A stretch of 32,000 nt of DNA from Candidatus Electronema halotolerans (GCA_942493095.1 OW818675.1:2160001-2192000); one strand, 5' to 3'. Positions 16,909 to 27,700 are shown, counted from the first letter of the stretch. Numbers and translations: made by a program. Notes: generated by a model from the sequence alone, not told the origin.

Positions 16909-18540
16909 ATGTTGCAAGGAATCAGTAAAAAAACGGTGCTGGCCGCCAGCCTGCTGCTGGCCTTGGGCTGGGCAGGAGCTGCCTCTGCCGCAGGCAGCTT
17001 TCAGGTGGTGGGCATAGGGCCGGGTGACGCGGATCTGCTCACCCTGCGGGCGGTGAACGCCATCAAGGACGCGGAAGTGGTGTTCTGCAACGCCAAGACC
17101 AAGGACAAGCTGGCCTCGGCAATTGACTTTTCCGGCAAGCAGGTCATTGACGGCTACAATGTCATTTTCTGGCATCACGGCCAGGAATGTCCAAAGAATG
17201 AGGTCAGACATGCCAAGCAGCGAATGAGCTGCGAGGAATATCATGCCAAGCAGGCCGAGTTTGCCAAGCTGGCCCGCAAAGCTGTGGCTGAGGGCAAGGA
17301 CGTGGTCATGCTCAGTGGCGGCGATCCGACTATTTACGGCCCGGACATCTGGACCCTGCGCGAGCTGCACGACCTGCATCCTAAAGCTGTGCCCGGCCTA
17401 AGCGCCTTCAATGCAGCCAATGCCGCGCTTGAGGTCGGCTTGGGCGAAGTGGTGCTCACATCCCCGTTTATCAGCAAGGACGGTGAAAAGGACAGCTTGG
17501 AGCAGCTTGCCAAGCATGAAGATGCTACTGTGGTCATTTTCATGCCTTGGGACATGCAGAAGACCTTTGACCGCTTGGCCAAAGCCTATCCAACAGACAC
17601 CCCGGCAGCTATTGTCAGCAATGCGGGCATGGAGGGCAAGGAAAAGGCGGTGCTCGGCACAGTGGGCAAGTTTGCTGCTGATCTGTCCGGGATTGACGGC
17701 GGACGTTCCATTATCTACGTCGGAAAACAGTTGGACAGGGCGCAGTTCGTCAAAACGCCTGCGCCGGACAAAAAGGGCAAATTCTATTTGGTCGGCATGG
17801 GGCCGGGTGATCCTGATTTAGCCACGCTCAGGGCGATGGAGGTCATCAAAAAGGCTGACTTGATCTTCAGCGGCAGAAGGCTGAATGGTAAATTCGCTGA
17901 GGTGCTGGCAGGCAAGCAGGTGATTGAAGGCTATCACCGTCTCTTTCCTTTTTACGGCAAGGATTGCGCTGAGGCAGAGGCATCAGGCAGGCGCAGAAAA
18001 GAGCGGATGAGCTGCGAGGAATACCATGCCAAGCAAAACGAGTTTGCCGCAATGGTGCGCAAGGCTGTGGCTGAAGGCAAGACCGTGGCCATGCTCGACA
18101 GCGGCGATCCCTTGGTTTACGGCCCCTGCTCCTGGTCGCTGACCGAGCTGAGTGATTTAGACACCGACGTGGTGCCTGGACTGAGCTGCTTCAACGCAGC
18201 CAACGCAGCCCTGAAAACCGGGGTGACGGAAGGAGAGAAATCCCATTCCGTGATTCTCGCCTCTGGCTGGTCAGCGGAAGACATGTCCGCGCTTCAGAGC
18301 ACTATGGTGCTGTTCACCATGCGTCAGGAGTTCAAAGATTTCATCGACAAATTGAGCAAGCACTATGCCCCGGACACTCCGGCGGCAGTGGTGGTCAAAG
18401 CTGGTTATGCAAACGAGGAGCGGGTGGTGCAGGGCACCTTGGGCACCATGCTCGACAAAGTGGGCGCGGAAAAGCTGCCCTTTGAGTACATGCTCTATGT
18501 CGGCGATTTCCTCAAGGGAACCTCGAAAAATTTGAGATAA
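16909..18540 (+). CDS. Signal-peptide-bearing tandem tetrapyrrole-methylase-like protein, C-terminus replaced by IS end
   Basis: MLQGISKKTVLAASLLLALGWAGAASA signal; two domains each with VVGIGPGDADLLTLRA / LVGMGPGDPDLATLRA and SGGDPTIYG / LDSGDPLVYG; each also has RMSCEEYHAKQxEF. ATG 16909 is preceded by aaggagg. The last codons (GTSKNLR*) derive from the inserted IS. Confidence 0.82.
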   Translation: MLQGISKKTVLAASLLLALGWAGAASAAGSFQVVGIGPGDADLLTLRAVNAIKDAEVVFCNAKTKDKLASAIDFSGKQVIDGYNVIFWHHGQECPKNEVRHAKQRMSCEEYHAKQAEFAKLARKAVAEGKDVVMLSGGDPTIYGPDIWTLRELHDLHPKAVPGLSAFNAANAALEVGLGEVVLTSPFISKDGEKDSLEQLAKHEDATVVIFMPWDMQKTFDRLAKAYPTDTPAAIVSNAGMEGKEKAVLGTVGKFAADLSGIDGGRSIIYVGKQLDRAQFVKTPAPDKKGKFYLVGMGPGDPDLATLRAMEVIKKADLIFSGRRLNGKFAEVLAGKQVIEGYHRLFPFYGKDCAEAEASGRRRKERMSCEEYHAKQNEFAAMVRKAVAEGKTVAMLDSGDPLVYGPCSWSLTELSDLDTDVVPGLSCFNAANAALKTGVTEGEKSHSVILASGWSAEDMSALQSTMVLFTMRQEFKDFIDKLSKHYAPDTPAAVVVKAGYANEERVVQGTLGTMLDKVGAEKLPFEYMLYVGDFLKGTSKNLR

Positions 18541-19824
18541 AGTTTTTTCAGCTTATCAATAGTGTCTTTGACAGTTGAAAATTTCAAATACATAAATTGT
18601 TATTTCCTGTTTTTTATTTATTTTGAGCAAACTTCCGTTGAAATATGTTCCTGAATGCGTTTCTTTTTTTTAAATCTTAAATTTTATTAAGAGTTCCGTA
18701 CCTGTCAATATTGAACGTCAAGTTTCTCAAGCCTATTTTCGCAGCAGCGCGAATGAAACCTGTTCCTCGGAGAATCATATTGCCAGCACGTTGCGCCTGG
18801 ATGCCGAAGACGTGTTCAATCCGGGAGCGAATTTTTGATCTTGTCCGATTTCCCTGCTTCTCCCATTCGGTCAGTTTCCGGCTTCGTGTTCCTTTGCGGT
18901 TCAGATGCTCTCTGTATCCATTCTCGTTCAACCAGTTGAGCTTTTTTTCGAATCTGTATGCCGAATCCGCATAGATATCCCGACTGGTGTTGTCAGGGTC
19001 AAGCAGCTCCTCAAAAATATTGCTGTCATGAACCTCGGCGCTGGTCACCGCATATTTTCGGATGAATTTATGCTTCACATCAACAGATATATGATTTTTA
19101 TAACCAAAAAAGCTTCTGCCGTTCTTTTTGGTCCAACGGGCATCAGTATCCTTCTGCGCCTGCTTATTCTCACTCCATCCTTCAGGCTGTTCACCATTCT
19201 TGATCTGCTTGTTTTCCTTGCGGCTGTTACGCTGGATCGGGGCGTTGACTATGGAAGCGTCGACTATCTGCCCTTTTCTGGCTTGATATCCATTTTCATC
19301 AAGAAATTCGTCAAAAACAGAAAACAGTTCCTCGATTTTTCCTGCTTTGGTCAAAGTTTCACGAAAAAGCCATATCGTTGTCGCATCTGGAACTTTGTCA
19401 GCCGCCCGAAGTCCAAGGAATCTGGAAAACGAATATCTGTCAAGAATTTGATATTCCATCCCTTTATCAGAAAGATTGTATAATGATTGCAAAATTAAAA
19501 TTTTGAACATCATGACTGAATCATAACCTTTAGCTCCAGCATTTGATTTCACAGGCTTTCTTTTTGCTTCTTCAAGAATTGGCCGAAATATTTCCCAGTC
19601 AATAGCCTTGTTGATCTTAACTAAAGGATCACCTGCTTTGTCAATTCGGGAAAGACGAATATAAAAATCAAAAAATCCAAGTTGGTTCATCTGTGCATCT
19701 CCGGCAGCATGAGTTGAATTGATGCCGAAATTATAACATAATAGACTGAAATTTCAATATTAAAATAAAAAATAACAAAACAAATGCAGCAGAATGGATG
19801 TTGTATTTTTCGAGGAACCCTCAA
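18512..19824. mobile_element. IS5-like insertion sequence, intact; element 18516-19820 with 4-bp TSD TCAA (18512-18515 / 19821-19824)
   Basis: Terminal inverted repeats GGGAACCTCGAAAAAT (18516-18531) and ATTTTTCGAGGAACCC (19805-19820), 14/16 matching; intact transposase inside; frame restoration on excision. Confidence 0.9.
18677..19690 (-). CDS. IS5-family-like transposase (337 aa)
   Basis: Protein MNQLGFFDFYIRLSRIDKAGD...VDASIVNAP...GYKNHISVDVKHKFIRKYAVTSAEVHDSNIFEELLD...YADSAYR...RIEHVFGIQ (DDE-like). Coding is on the minus strand: reverse complement of the 19680s gives ATGAACCAACTTGG; the ORF track labels it '+'. Confidence 0.92.
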   Translation of the reverse strand: MNQLGFFDFYIRLSRIDKAGDPLVKINKAIDWEIFRPILEEAKRKPVKSNAGAKGYDSVMMFKILILQSLYNLSDKGMEYQILDRYSFSRFLGLRAADKVPDATTIWLFRETLTKAGKIEELFSVFDEFLDENGYQARKGQIVDASIVNAPIQRNSRKENKQIKNGEQPEGWSENKQAQKDTDARWTKKNGRSFFGYKNHISVDVKHKFIRKYAVTSAEVHDSNIFEELLDPDNTSRDIYADSAYRFEKKLNWLNENGYREHLNRKGTRSRKLTEWEKQGNRTRSKIRSRIEHVFGIQAQRAGNMILRGTGFIRAAAKIGLRNLTFNIDRYGTLNKI

Positions 19825-19900
19825 CAAGAGTCCTGACCGGATGACCGCTGAAACCGCTTCAGGCCAGATTAACCCTGTTCAGCTTGCCCAAGGAGAATAA

Positions 19901-20719
19901 ATGAAGATCAAAGTATCTGCTGCACTGCTCGGCGGCCTGCTGCTCGCGTCCTCATCCGCCTTTGCCCACAAGCTCTGGCTCAATCCGATGGAGTATTTTC
20001 CTGCGCCGGGCAGCAGCGTGGAGATCGGCATCGGCTGGGGGCATAAGTATCCGGCTAATCGGGTGCATCAGGAGTTGAAAGAGGGAATGCCGGACAAGAT
20101 TCAGGCACTTGACCCTGACGGACAGTCCGCAGAGATGACCAAGGTCTCGGACGGCCTCTACAAGCTGAAGATCAGCAAGGCTGGTGCCTACGTGATCACA
20201 GCGGACAACAAGCCCGGCTTTTTCACCGTCACCAAGGACGGCAGGAAATGGGGCAATAAAACCGAAGTCACTGCGGATAAATCCCAATGCACCAATTTCT
20301 ATATTGGGGCCAAGGCCGTGCTGATCGCGGGCGGCAGCGACACCGGCTTGGAGCGGGCGGCTGGCCAGAGCGTTGAGCTGGTGCCGCTTACCAATCCCGG
20401 CGCCGTGAAAAAGAACGATGCCTTCCGGGTCAAGGTGCTCTTCAACGGCCAGCCGCTGGCCGATCTGCCGCTCAAGGCTGCTTATGCCGGATTCGACACG
20501 GTCGAGGAAGGCAGTGATCCTCATGCGGCAGACATGAAGAAAATGGCTGACCGGCCCTTTCCGGCAGAGGCGGTCACTGATGCCAAAGGCGAAGCCGAAC
20601 TGCACTTTGACCGGCCCGGCTACTGGATGATCTCGCTTTCCCATAAGTCGCCCTATCCAGACAAGGCAGTCTGCGACAAGTACATGTATAACATGACCTA
20701 CACCTTGCAGGTGCAATAA
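19901..20719 (+). CDS. DUF4198-type periplasmic protein (Ni/Co-transport-associated family)
   Basis: Signal MKIKVSAALLGGLLLASSSAFAHKLWLNP; HxxxxxP N-terminus, VTADNKPGFFTVTKDGRK, GEAELHFDRPGYWMISLSHK are DUF4198 hallmarks. Confidence 0.78.
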   Translation: MKIKVSAALLGGLLLASSSAFAHKLWLNPMEYFPAPGSSVEIGIGWGHKYPANRVHQELKEGMPDKIQALDPDGQSAEMTKVSDGLYKLKISKAGAYVITADNKPGFFTVTKDGRKWGNKTEVTADKSQCTNFYIGAKAVLIAGGSDTGLERAAGQSVELVPLTNPGAVKKNDAFRVKVLFNGQPLADLPLKAAYAGFDTVEEGSDPHAADMKKMADRPFPAEAVTDAKGEAELHFDRPGYWMISLSHKSPYPDKAVCDKYMYNMTYTLQVQ

Positions 20720-20805
20720 GGGATCGAGACTCTTACTTTCCTCTCAATCATCTCCATGTTCCCGGCTGGCGTTCTGGCAGTCGGGAACATTTTTCTTCTC
20801 TGAAC

Positions 20806-22230
20806 ATGAAAAACACCTTCAACAACAAGAACGGCCTGCGCCGGGAAGTCGGTCTGACCTCGGCAACGGTGCTGGTGGTCGCCAATATGGTCGGCACTGG
20901 CGTGTTCACCACTTCCGGCTTTATCCTCAAGGAATTAGGCAGCCCGCAGGCCCTGCTGCTCTGCTGGCTGCTCGGCGGCATTTTCGCCCTCTGCGGCGCA
21001 CTTTGCTACGGCGAACTGGGGGCGCGTTTTCCCAGAGCAGGCGGCGAATACGTGTTTCTCAAAGAGAGCTTCGGCAAACCAGTGGCTTTTTTATCCGGCT
21101 GGATTTCCCTGTTTGTCGGCTTCTCCGCCCCGATTGCCGCAGCCGCCATTGCCTTTGCCTCATACGCGCAGCAAGCCGTAGCCCTGCCACTGGACGGCAA
21201 ATGGGTGATCAGTGCTTTCGGGATGCCGCTCATCACTCTGTCTTGGTTCAACCTGATCGCGCTCTGCGTCATCGGCCTGTTCACCCTGATTCATTATCAC
21301 GGCCTGCGCTTGGGCACCAAGGTGCAGAACTGGCTGACCCTGTTCAAGATCAGCCTGATCATCGCCTTTCTTGGAGCCGGGTTCTTTTTCGGCCAAGGTT
21401 CCTTTGATCATTTCAGCGCAAGCCAAGGCTTGGCAAGTTCGCTCTCCTCGGAAAAATTCGCTGTCTCGCTCATCTTTGTCTCATTCGCCTACAGCGGCTG
21501 GAACGCGGCAGCCTATCTGGGCGGCGAGATCGTCCGCCCGCAGCGCACCATTCCCGCCGCCCTGCTCATTGGCACGGCATTGGTGACGCTGCTGTATCTG
21601 CTCCTCAACGCCCTGTATCTCTACGCCGCTCCCGCAGCACAGTTAGCCGGAGAGCTGGAAATCGGGGCAACAGCGGCAGCAGCTTTGTTCGGCGGCCAGA
21701 TCAGCCGCCTGTTCAGCGGGGCAGTGGCCTTGGGACTGCTCTCCGTGGTCAGCGCAATGGTGATGAGCGGGCCGCGCATTTATTACGCTATGGCCAAGGA
21801 CGGAGTCTTCTTTTCCATCTTCGGCAGACTGAACCCGCTCCATCATACCCCGGCCTCATCCATTTTTCTTCAGGCAGGCATTGCTGCGGCAATGGTGCTG
21901 TCCGCCTCCTTTGAAACCCTGCTGATCTACATTGGCTTCACGCTGTCTCTCTGCGCCATGCTGACGGTGGTCGGCCTGATGCGCATCCGCCGCCGGGACG
22001 GCAAACAGGAGGGCATGTATCAAACCTTCGGCTATCCATTGACCCCGCTCCTCTTTATTGCCGGCAACTGCTGGATCATCTTCTTTTCCGTGACAAGCCG
22101 CCCGATAGCCGTGCTTGTCGCCCTTGGCACCATTGCCGCAGGCATGGCGGTTTATCTCTTTTTTGCGACAGCAGACAAGCAGGATGCAGCCCCTGCGGTT
22201 GAGCAGCCGGAGACTGAAGCGGCCTGCTGA
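20806..22230 (+). CDS. APC-superfamily amino acid permease
   Basis: REVGLTSATVLVVANMVGTGVFTTSGFILKELGSP, CYGELGARFPRAGGEYVFLKESFG; ~12 hydrophobic segments. Confidence 0.9.
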   Translation: MKNTFNNKNGLRREVGLTSATVLVVANMVGTGVFTTSGFILKELGSPQALLLCWLLGGIFALCGALCYGELGARFPRAGGEYVFLKESFGKPVAFLSGWISLFVGFSAPIAAAAIAFASYAQQAVALPLDGKWVISAFGMPLITLSWFNLIALCVIGLFTLIHYHGLRLGTKVQNWLTLFKISLIIAFLGAGFFFGQGSFDHFSASQGLASSLSSEKFAVSLIFVSFAYSGWNAAAYLGGEIVRPQRTIPAALLIGTALVTLLYLLLNALYLYAAPAAQLAGELEIGATAAAALFGGQISRLFSGAVALGLLSVVSAMVMSGPRIYYAMAKDGVFFSIFGRLNPLHHTPASSIFLQAGIAAAMVLSASFETLLIYIGFTLSLCAMLTVVGLMRIRRRDGKQEGMYQTFGYPLTPLLFIAGNCWIIFFSVTSRPIAVLVALGTIAAGMAVYLFFATADKQDAAPAVEQPETEAAC

Positions 22231-22384
22231 GGTTTCATCACGCAGATGCCGCCGCCGCGCTTTGCCCTAAACTGAGTCCAGCATTCTCTTTTTTGTTTGT
22301 CCTAACAATGGGCTATATAGCTGAAGCAGTATAAAATGACATCATATTGACCCACACAAAGCAGGTGGCCGCCTGTCGGTGAAG

Positions 22385-22542
22385 GAACGGGACTACGTTG
22401 CTGCGGCCCTGCCCTGCTCATGGAGGGCAAGGACTTCATCCTCAGCGCGCCGCATCTCTCCCTCTATCCCGGCATCGCCATCATGCTGACCGCCTTGGCC
22501 TTCAACCTAACCGGGGACGGCATCCGGGACTCGACACAGTGA
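22385..22542 (+). pseudogene. Remnant of a DppC/NikC-type ABC permease (C-terminal part, frameshifted and internally deleted)
   Basis: ERDYVAAA (22385-22408) in one frame, then MEGKDFILSAPHLSLYPGIAIMLTALAFNLTGDGIRDSTQ* (22420-22542) in another; matches the conserved permease motifs RDYVxAARALG and APxLxxxPGxAIxLTVLAFNLLGDGLRD. Confidence 0.8.
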
Positions 22543-22564
22543 ACAAAGGGAGTGCTCGGCATCA

Positions 22565-23683
22565 TCAGACCAACTCCCAGTCCTTGAACACCGGTTGACA
22601 GCCGCTGCGCCGGAGCATGGCCGCCACTTCCTCCACGCTGCGGTTGTCTGTCACGGCAAACTGCTCCGGCGCAGCCTCCTGACTTCTGACCGCATATTCG
22701 CCCACCCCGGTCTTGGAGCCGGAGGAGAAGCGAGTTGCGCCGAGATGCACTAAGCGGTCGCGGAAGGCGGGTGCCTCGCGGGTGGAGATGGTGATGCCAA
22801 GGCGTGGCATGAAGAGTCGCCACGCCAGCATGAACTGAACAAAATCCTTGTCTGTCACCATATAACGCGGTGGAATGGCTCCGGCAGCTTTGGTCATGCG
22901 CGGCAGGGACAGGGAGATTTCCACGTCCGGGAAAGCCTCCTCCAGCCAGCGGGCATGCAGGGCCGCCAGCCATGCCTCGCGGCGCGGCTCTGCCAAGCCA
23001 AAGAGCGGGCCTATATTCAACGCCCGGAAGCCTGCCCGTGCCCCGCGCTCCGGGGTTTGCAGACGATAGACGTAATCCGCCTTCCGGCCTGCCGGATGCA
23101 CCTCTTTATAGGTCTCCCGGTCGTAGGTCTCCTGATACACGGTCAGGGAATCTGCTCCGGCCTGGCGCAGGGTGCGGTAGTCGGCCTCGTCGAGCGGGAA
23201 TATCTCCAAGGCGATGGAGGAAAAATGCTCGGTCAGCAGGCGCACTGTGTCGGTCAGATACGACATCGGGGTCTGAGCCGGAGCCTCACCGGTCAGGACA
23301 AGGATGTGGCGGATGCCGGTGGCGGCGATGGCTGCCGCTTCCTGTTCAATCTGCTCCAAGGTCAGTTTGGTGCGGGGAAAGTCAACCCCGGCATGAAAGC
23401 CGCAGTAGGTGCAGGCGTTGGAGCAGTAATCCGAGATGTAGAGCGGCGCATAGAGGCTGATGACTCTGCCGAAGTGCTGCAAGGTTAGCTGACGCGCTTT
23501 GCGGGCCATTTCCTCCAAGTAGGGCTGGGCTGCCGGAGCAAGCAGGCAGAGCAGGTCGCGGCGGTCAAGCTGCTCGTCGCGGCGCAGGGCGCGTTCCACG
23601 TCCGCCGGGGTTGCAGCCTGAAGATGACGGTCAACGTCAAAGCCTTCCAGCCGGGGAAAAACATCAAGAAAGGACATGTTCAT
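22565..23683 (-). CDS. thiH: 2-iminoacetate synthase (radical SAM tyrosine lyase)
   Basis: [16 protein letters not shown] (CxxxCxxC), [55 protein letters not shown]. Confidence 0.95.
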   Translation of the reverse strand: MNMSFLDVFPRLEGFDVDRHLQAATPADVERALRRDEQLDRRDLLCLLAPAAQPYLEEMARKARQLTLQHFGRVISLYAPLYISDYCSNACTYCGFHAGVDFPRTKLTLEQIEQEAAAIAATGIRHILVLTGEAPAQTPMSYLTDTVRLLTEHFSSIALEIFPLDEADYRTLRQAGADSLTVYQETYDRETYKEVHPAGRKADYVYRLQTPERGARAGFRALNIGPLFGLAEPRREAWLAALHARWLEEAFPDVEISLSLPRMTKAAGAIPPRYMVTDKDFVQFMLAWRLFMPRLGITISTREAPAFRDRLVHLGATRFSSGSKTGVGEYAVRSQEAAPEQFAVTDNRSVEEVAAMLRRSGCQPVFKDWELV

Positions 23684-24468
23684 CGGAGAAAGCCAGTCAG
23701 GGGCGAGGAGGCTTGGGCATATTCCTGCTCTTCAGCCAATTGCGCCAGACGGGCCAGCCGCCCGGCCTGCACTGCGAGAGCAAAGGCTTTGCCAGCCATG
23801 ACTGGATCGCTGCTGGTGGCAATGGCGGTGTTGACCAAGACCGCGTCCGCGCCCAGCTCCATCGCCTCTGCGGCTTGCGAGGGTCTGCCAATGCCCGCAT
23901 CGACCACCACCGGCAGTTTGCTGCTCTCGATGATCCGCTTGATCATGGCCTTCATCTCCAAGCCCCGGTTGCTGCCAATCGGTGAGCCGAGCGGCATCAC
24001 CGCTGCTGCGCCCGCATCGTGGAGCTGCTTGCTGACCGTGATGTCCGGCATCATGTAGGGCAGGACAATGAAGCCTTCCTTGGCGAGCAGCTCGGTAGCC
24101 TTGAGCGTCTCGGCATTGTCCGGCAGCAGGTATCTGTTGTCGGTGATCACCTCGATCTTGATGAAATCGCCGCAGCCTGCCTCACGGGCGATGCGGGCGA
24201 TGCGCACCGCTTCCTCAGCAGTGCGTGCGCCAGAGGTGTTGGGCAGCACCTGCACCGAAGGCGGGATGTAACGGAGAATGTCCTGCTCGCCTGCCTTGGG
24301 ATCAACCCGGCGCAGGGCCACAGTGATCATCTCCGAGCCGCTGGCTGCCAGCATCGGCGCAATCAGCTCCCGCGAGGCGAACTTGCCCGTGCCGGTGAGC
24401 AGGCGGCTGCTGAAGCGCACTCCGCCGAGCAGCAGGGCATCGTTTGCTGTCTTCCTGTATTCAGTCAC
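23680..24468 (-). CDS. thiG: Thiazole synthase
   Basis: [92 protein letters not shown]. Likely GTG start at 24468, just after the thiS stop (track start 24525 overlaps thiS). Confidence 0.95.
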   Translation of the reverse strand: MTEYRKTANDALLLGGVRFSSRLLTGTGKFASRELIAPMLAASGSEMITVALRRVDPKAGEQDILRYIPPSVQVLPNTSGARTAEEAVRIARIAREAGCGDFIKIEVITDNRYLLPDNAETLKATELLAKEGFIVLPYMMPDITVSKQLHDAGAAAVMPLGSPIGSNRGLEMKAMIKRIIESSKLPVVVDAGIGRPSQAAEAMELGADAVLVNTAIATSSDPVMAGKAFALAVQAGRLARLAQLAEEQEYAQASSPLTGFLR

Positions 24469-24469
24469 G

Positions 24470-24697
24470 TCAACCGCCTCCAACAAAACTGAGCAGCTCC
24501 ACTGTGTCCCCATCCTGGAGGACATGCTGCTGCCAGTGTTCTTTTTTAATCAGCTCAAAATTGACTTCCGCGACTATCGCATCAGGAACAAAGCCTTGTT
24601 CCGCGATCAGCTCGCGCAAAGTCTGGTCTGCGGTGTCAACCGGCTGGCCGTTCAGAATTATTTGCATGGTGAAAAGGAAATACCGGCAGTCCGGCAA
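24470..24697 (-). CDS. thiS: Sulfur carrier protein ThiS
   Basis: [22 protein letters not shown]...[16 protein letters not shown]; C-terminal GG. Confidence 0.92.
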   Translation of the reverse strand: MPDCRYFLFTMQIILNGQPVDTADQTLRELIAEQGFVPDAIVAEVNFELIKKEHWQQHVLQDGDTVELLSFVGGG

Positions 24698-24774
24698 GGC
24701 GGAGACAGTGCTCCGCTTTGCCCGCTGCCGACTGAGATTGCCTGTGAGAATGCGGCGGATTGATGCGGGCGGGC

Positions 24775-27700
24775 CTATCCTTTGCCTAATTCCTGCCTGA
24801 GCAGGCGGATTTCGCTGATCAGTTCCTGCTTGAGCTGGGCAACTTCGTCTTGGAGCTGCTGGAGACCGGGATCCCGGCTGCTGGCCGGACGCGACCCGTC
24901 AGCCACGAGCTGGTCAAAAAAGTCCTGCTGCCAAGCCGTGTAGCGGCTGATGATCTCAGGCAGCTTGCCCGGCTCGTCTGAAGCATCCAATCCGGCGGCC
25001 AGCTCCTGCACCAAGGCCGCGCCGCTGTCCGCCGCCCTGCCTTTGGGAGCTTTGGCCAGCATGGCTGAGGAGGAGTCGAGCAGGTGCAGGAGGATGGTCT
25101 TGTTCGGCGGCACAGCCTCTTCCTGCCGTGCTGCTGCTGCCAGCTCGGAAACCTGCTGCAAGTTGTGCGCGGACGGGGCTGCGGTCAGCGCGGCAGCAGC
25201 CAGTGCCAGAGCGGAGAAGGCTGATACTGCTTCCACAGCTTGCTCAGGACGCTCCGCACCAGCATCCTCGGCAGCCAGCGCGCTTTCCTCAAACGCATCA
25301 GGGACAGCATCATGAGCAAACTGGCTGAACAATCCTTCAGGTTCCTCATATTCTTTGCCTAAGATCAATTCCTCATCAGACTTAGACTGAAGGGCTGAAA
25401 CTTCCTCTCTGTCTGCCGTTTCCTCCCGCTCTTTCAAGGCGTTGAGGAAATCCTCGTCTGTCGTTTCCTGCTGCTGCACCAAGACAAAGATATCGTCGTC
25501 TTCTGCCAGCGGTTCATCCTGAATGCTGGCAAAAGCATCTTCCTCAAGGGCCGGAATGTCCGCATCATCTTCAATGCTTTCGTCCTCTTGTTCATCAAGC
25601 GGACTGTCAAGCTCAGATGCTTCAGCAAAAAGAGAGGAGGCTGCGTTTCCGCCTTGAGCAATGGCGAACACATTGTCTTCCTCCGCATCAGTGTCAAGCC
25701 CGTTGAATGCGTCAGTCACCTCTTCAGCTAATTCAGCTTCCTGCTGAACAGGAAAATCAGCAAAAACATCTTCTTCCGCCGTTTGAGACTCCTGATCAAG
25801 TTCCTGCCCGTCATTAGCAGGAGGCATTATGAACTCGTTCTCAAGATCACCCTGCGGAACTTCCTCATCTGATAACGCATCGTTGTCAAAGCTGAACAAT
25901 GAGTCCAGCTTTTCTTTAATTTCCGTGGCCTGCTCCTGATCAATGCCTTCTTGAGCCGGTTCTTCTCCGAAAAAGCTGTCTTCCGCCAACTCCTCGGCAT
26001 CGTCCAAGCTCAAACTGGCCGCTTCCTCTGCTTCAGCTTCCGGCACGGACGTGTCCGCATCATCCTCCATGCTGAAGAAGTCATCCAGGCCCTCATCTTC
26101 TGCATCAGGCAGGGCCGCCGCTTCAGCATCCGGTTCTGGAGCTTCCTCCTCGCCGAAGAGACTTTCAGCTCCAAGCATGTCGTCAGCATCGTCCAAGCTC
26201 AAACTGGCCGCTTCTTCAGCTTCCGCATCCGGCGCGGAAGTGTCCGCATCATCCTCCATGCTGAAGAAGTCATCCAAACCCTCATCTTCCGCTTCAGGCA
26301 GGGCCGCCGCTTCAGCATCCGGTTCTGGAGCATCCTCCTCGCCGAAGAGACTTTCAGCTCCCAGCATGTCGTCAGCATCGTCCAAGCTCAAACTGGCCGC
26401 TTCTTCAGCTTCCGCATCCGGCGCGGAAGTGTCCGCATCATCCTCCATGCTGAAGAAGTCATCCAAACCCTCATCTTCCGCTTCAGGCAGGGCCGCCGCT
26501 TCAGCATCCGGTTCTGGAGCATCCTCATCGCCGAAGAGACTTTCAGCTCCAAGCATGTCGTCAGCATCGTCCAGACTCAGGCTGGCCGCTTCCTCAGCTT
26601 CAGCATCCGGCACGGATGTGTCCGCATCATCCTCCATGCTGAAGAAGTCATCCAAGCCCTCATCTTCCGTCTCAGGCAGGGCCGCCGCTTCAGCATCCGG
26701 TTCTGGAGCTTCCTCATCGCCGAAGAGACTTTCAGCTCCAAGCATGTCGTCAGCATCGTCCAGACTCAGGCTGGCCGCTTCCTCAGCTTCAGCATCCGGC
26801 ACGGATGTGTCCGCATCATCCTCCATGCTGAAGAAGTCATCCAAGCCCTCATCTTCCGTATCAGGCAGGGCCGCCGCTTCAGCATCCGGTTCTGGAGCTT
26901 CCTCATCGCCGAAGAGACTTTCAGCTCCAAGCATGTCGTCAGCATCGTCCAAGCTCAAACTGGCCGCTTCCTCAGCTTCAGTATCCGGCACGGACGTGTC
27001 CGCATCATCCTCCATACTGAAAAAGTCATCCAAACCCTCATCTTCCGCTTCAGGCAGGGCCGCCGCTTCAGCATCCGGCTCTTGTTCCGGCTCTGGAGCT
27101 TCCTCCTCGCCGAAGAGACTTTCAGCTCCCAGCATGTCGTCAGCATCGTCCAAGCTCAAACTGGCTGCTTCCGGCACGGAAGTGTCCGCATCATCCTCCA
27201 TGCTGAAGAAGTCATCCAAGCCCTCATCTTCAGCTTCAGGCAGGGCCGCCGCTTCAGCATCCGGTTCTGGAGCTTCCTCCTCGCCGAAGAGACTTTCAGC
27301 CCCCAGCATGTCGTCAGCATCGTCCAAACTCAAACTGGCCGCGTCCTCAGCTTCAGCTTCCGGCGCGGAAGTGTCCGCATCATCCTCCATGCTGAAGAAG
27401 TCATCCAAGCCCTCATCTTCAGCTTCAGGCAGGGCCGCCGCTTCAGCATCCGGCTCTTGTTCCGGCTCTAAAGCTTCTTCATCGCCGAAGAGACTTTCAG
27501 CTCCAAGCATGTCGTCAGCATCGTCCAAACTCAAACTGGCCGCGTCCTCAGCTTCAGCTTCCGGCGCGGAAGTGTCCGCATCATCCTCCATGCTGAAGAA
27601 GTCATCCAAGCCCTCATCTTCAGCTTCAGGCAGGGCCGCCGCTTCAGCATCCGGCTCTTGTTCCGGCTCTAAAGCTTCTTCATCGCCGAAGAGACTTTCA

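Noticed and set aside
24698-24790. TPP riboswitch upstream of thiS
   Set aside because: A CTGAGA-like string occurs only on the plus strand (~24733) whereas thiS is on the minus strand, and no conserved thi-box ACCTGA...GGATAATGCCAGCG arrangement is visible.
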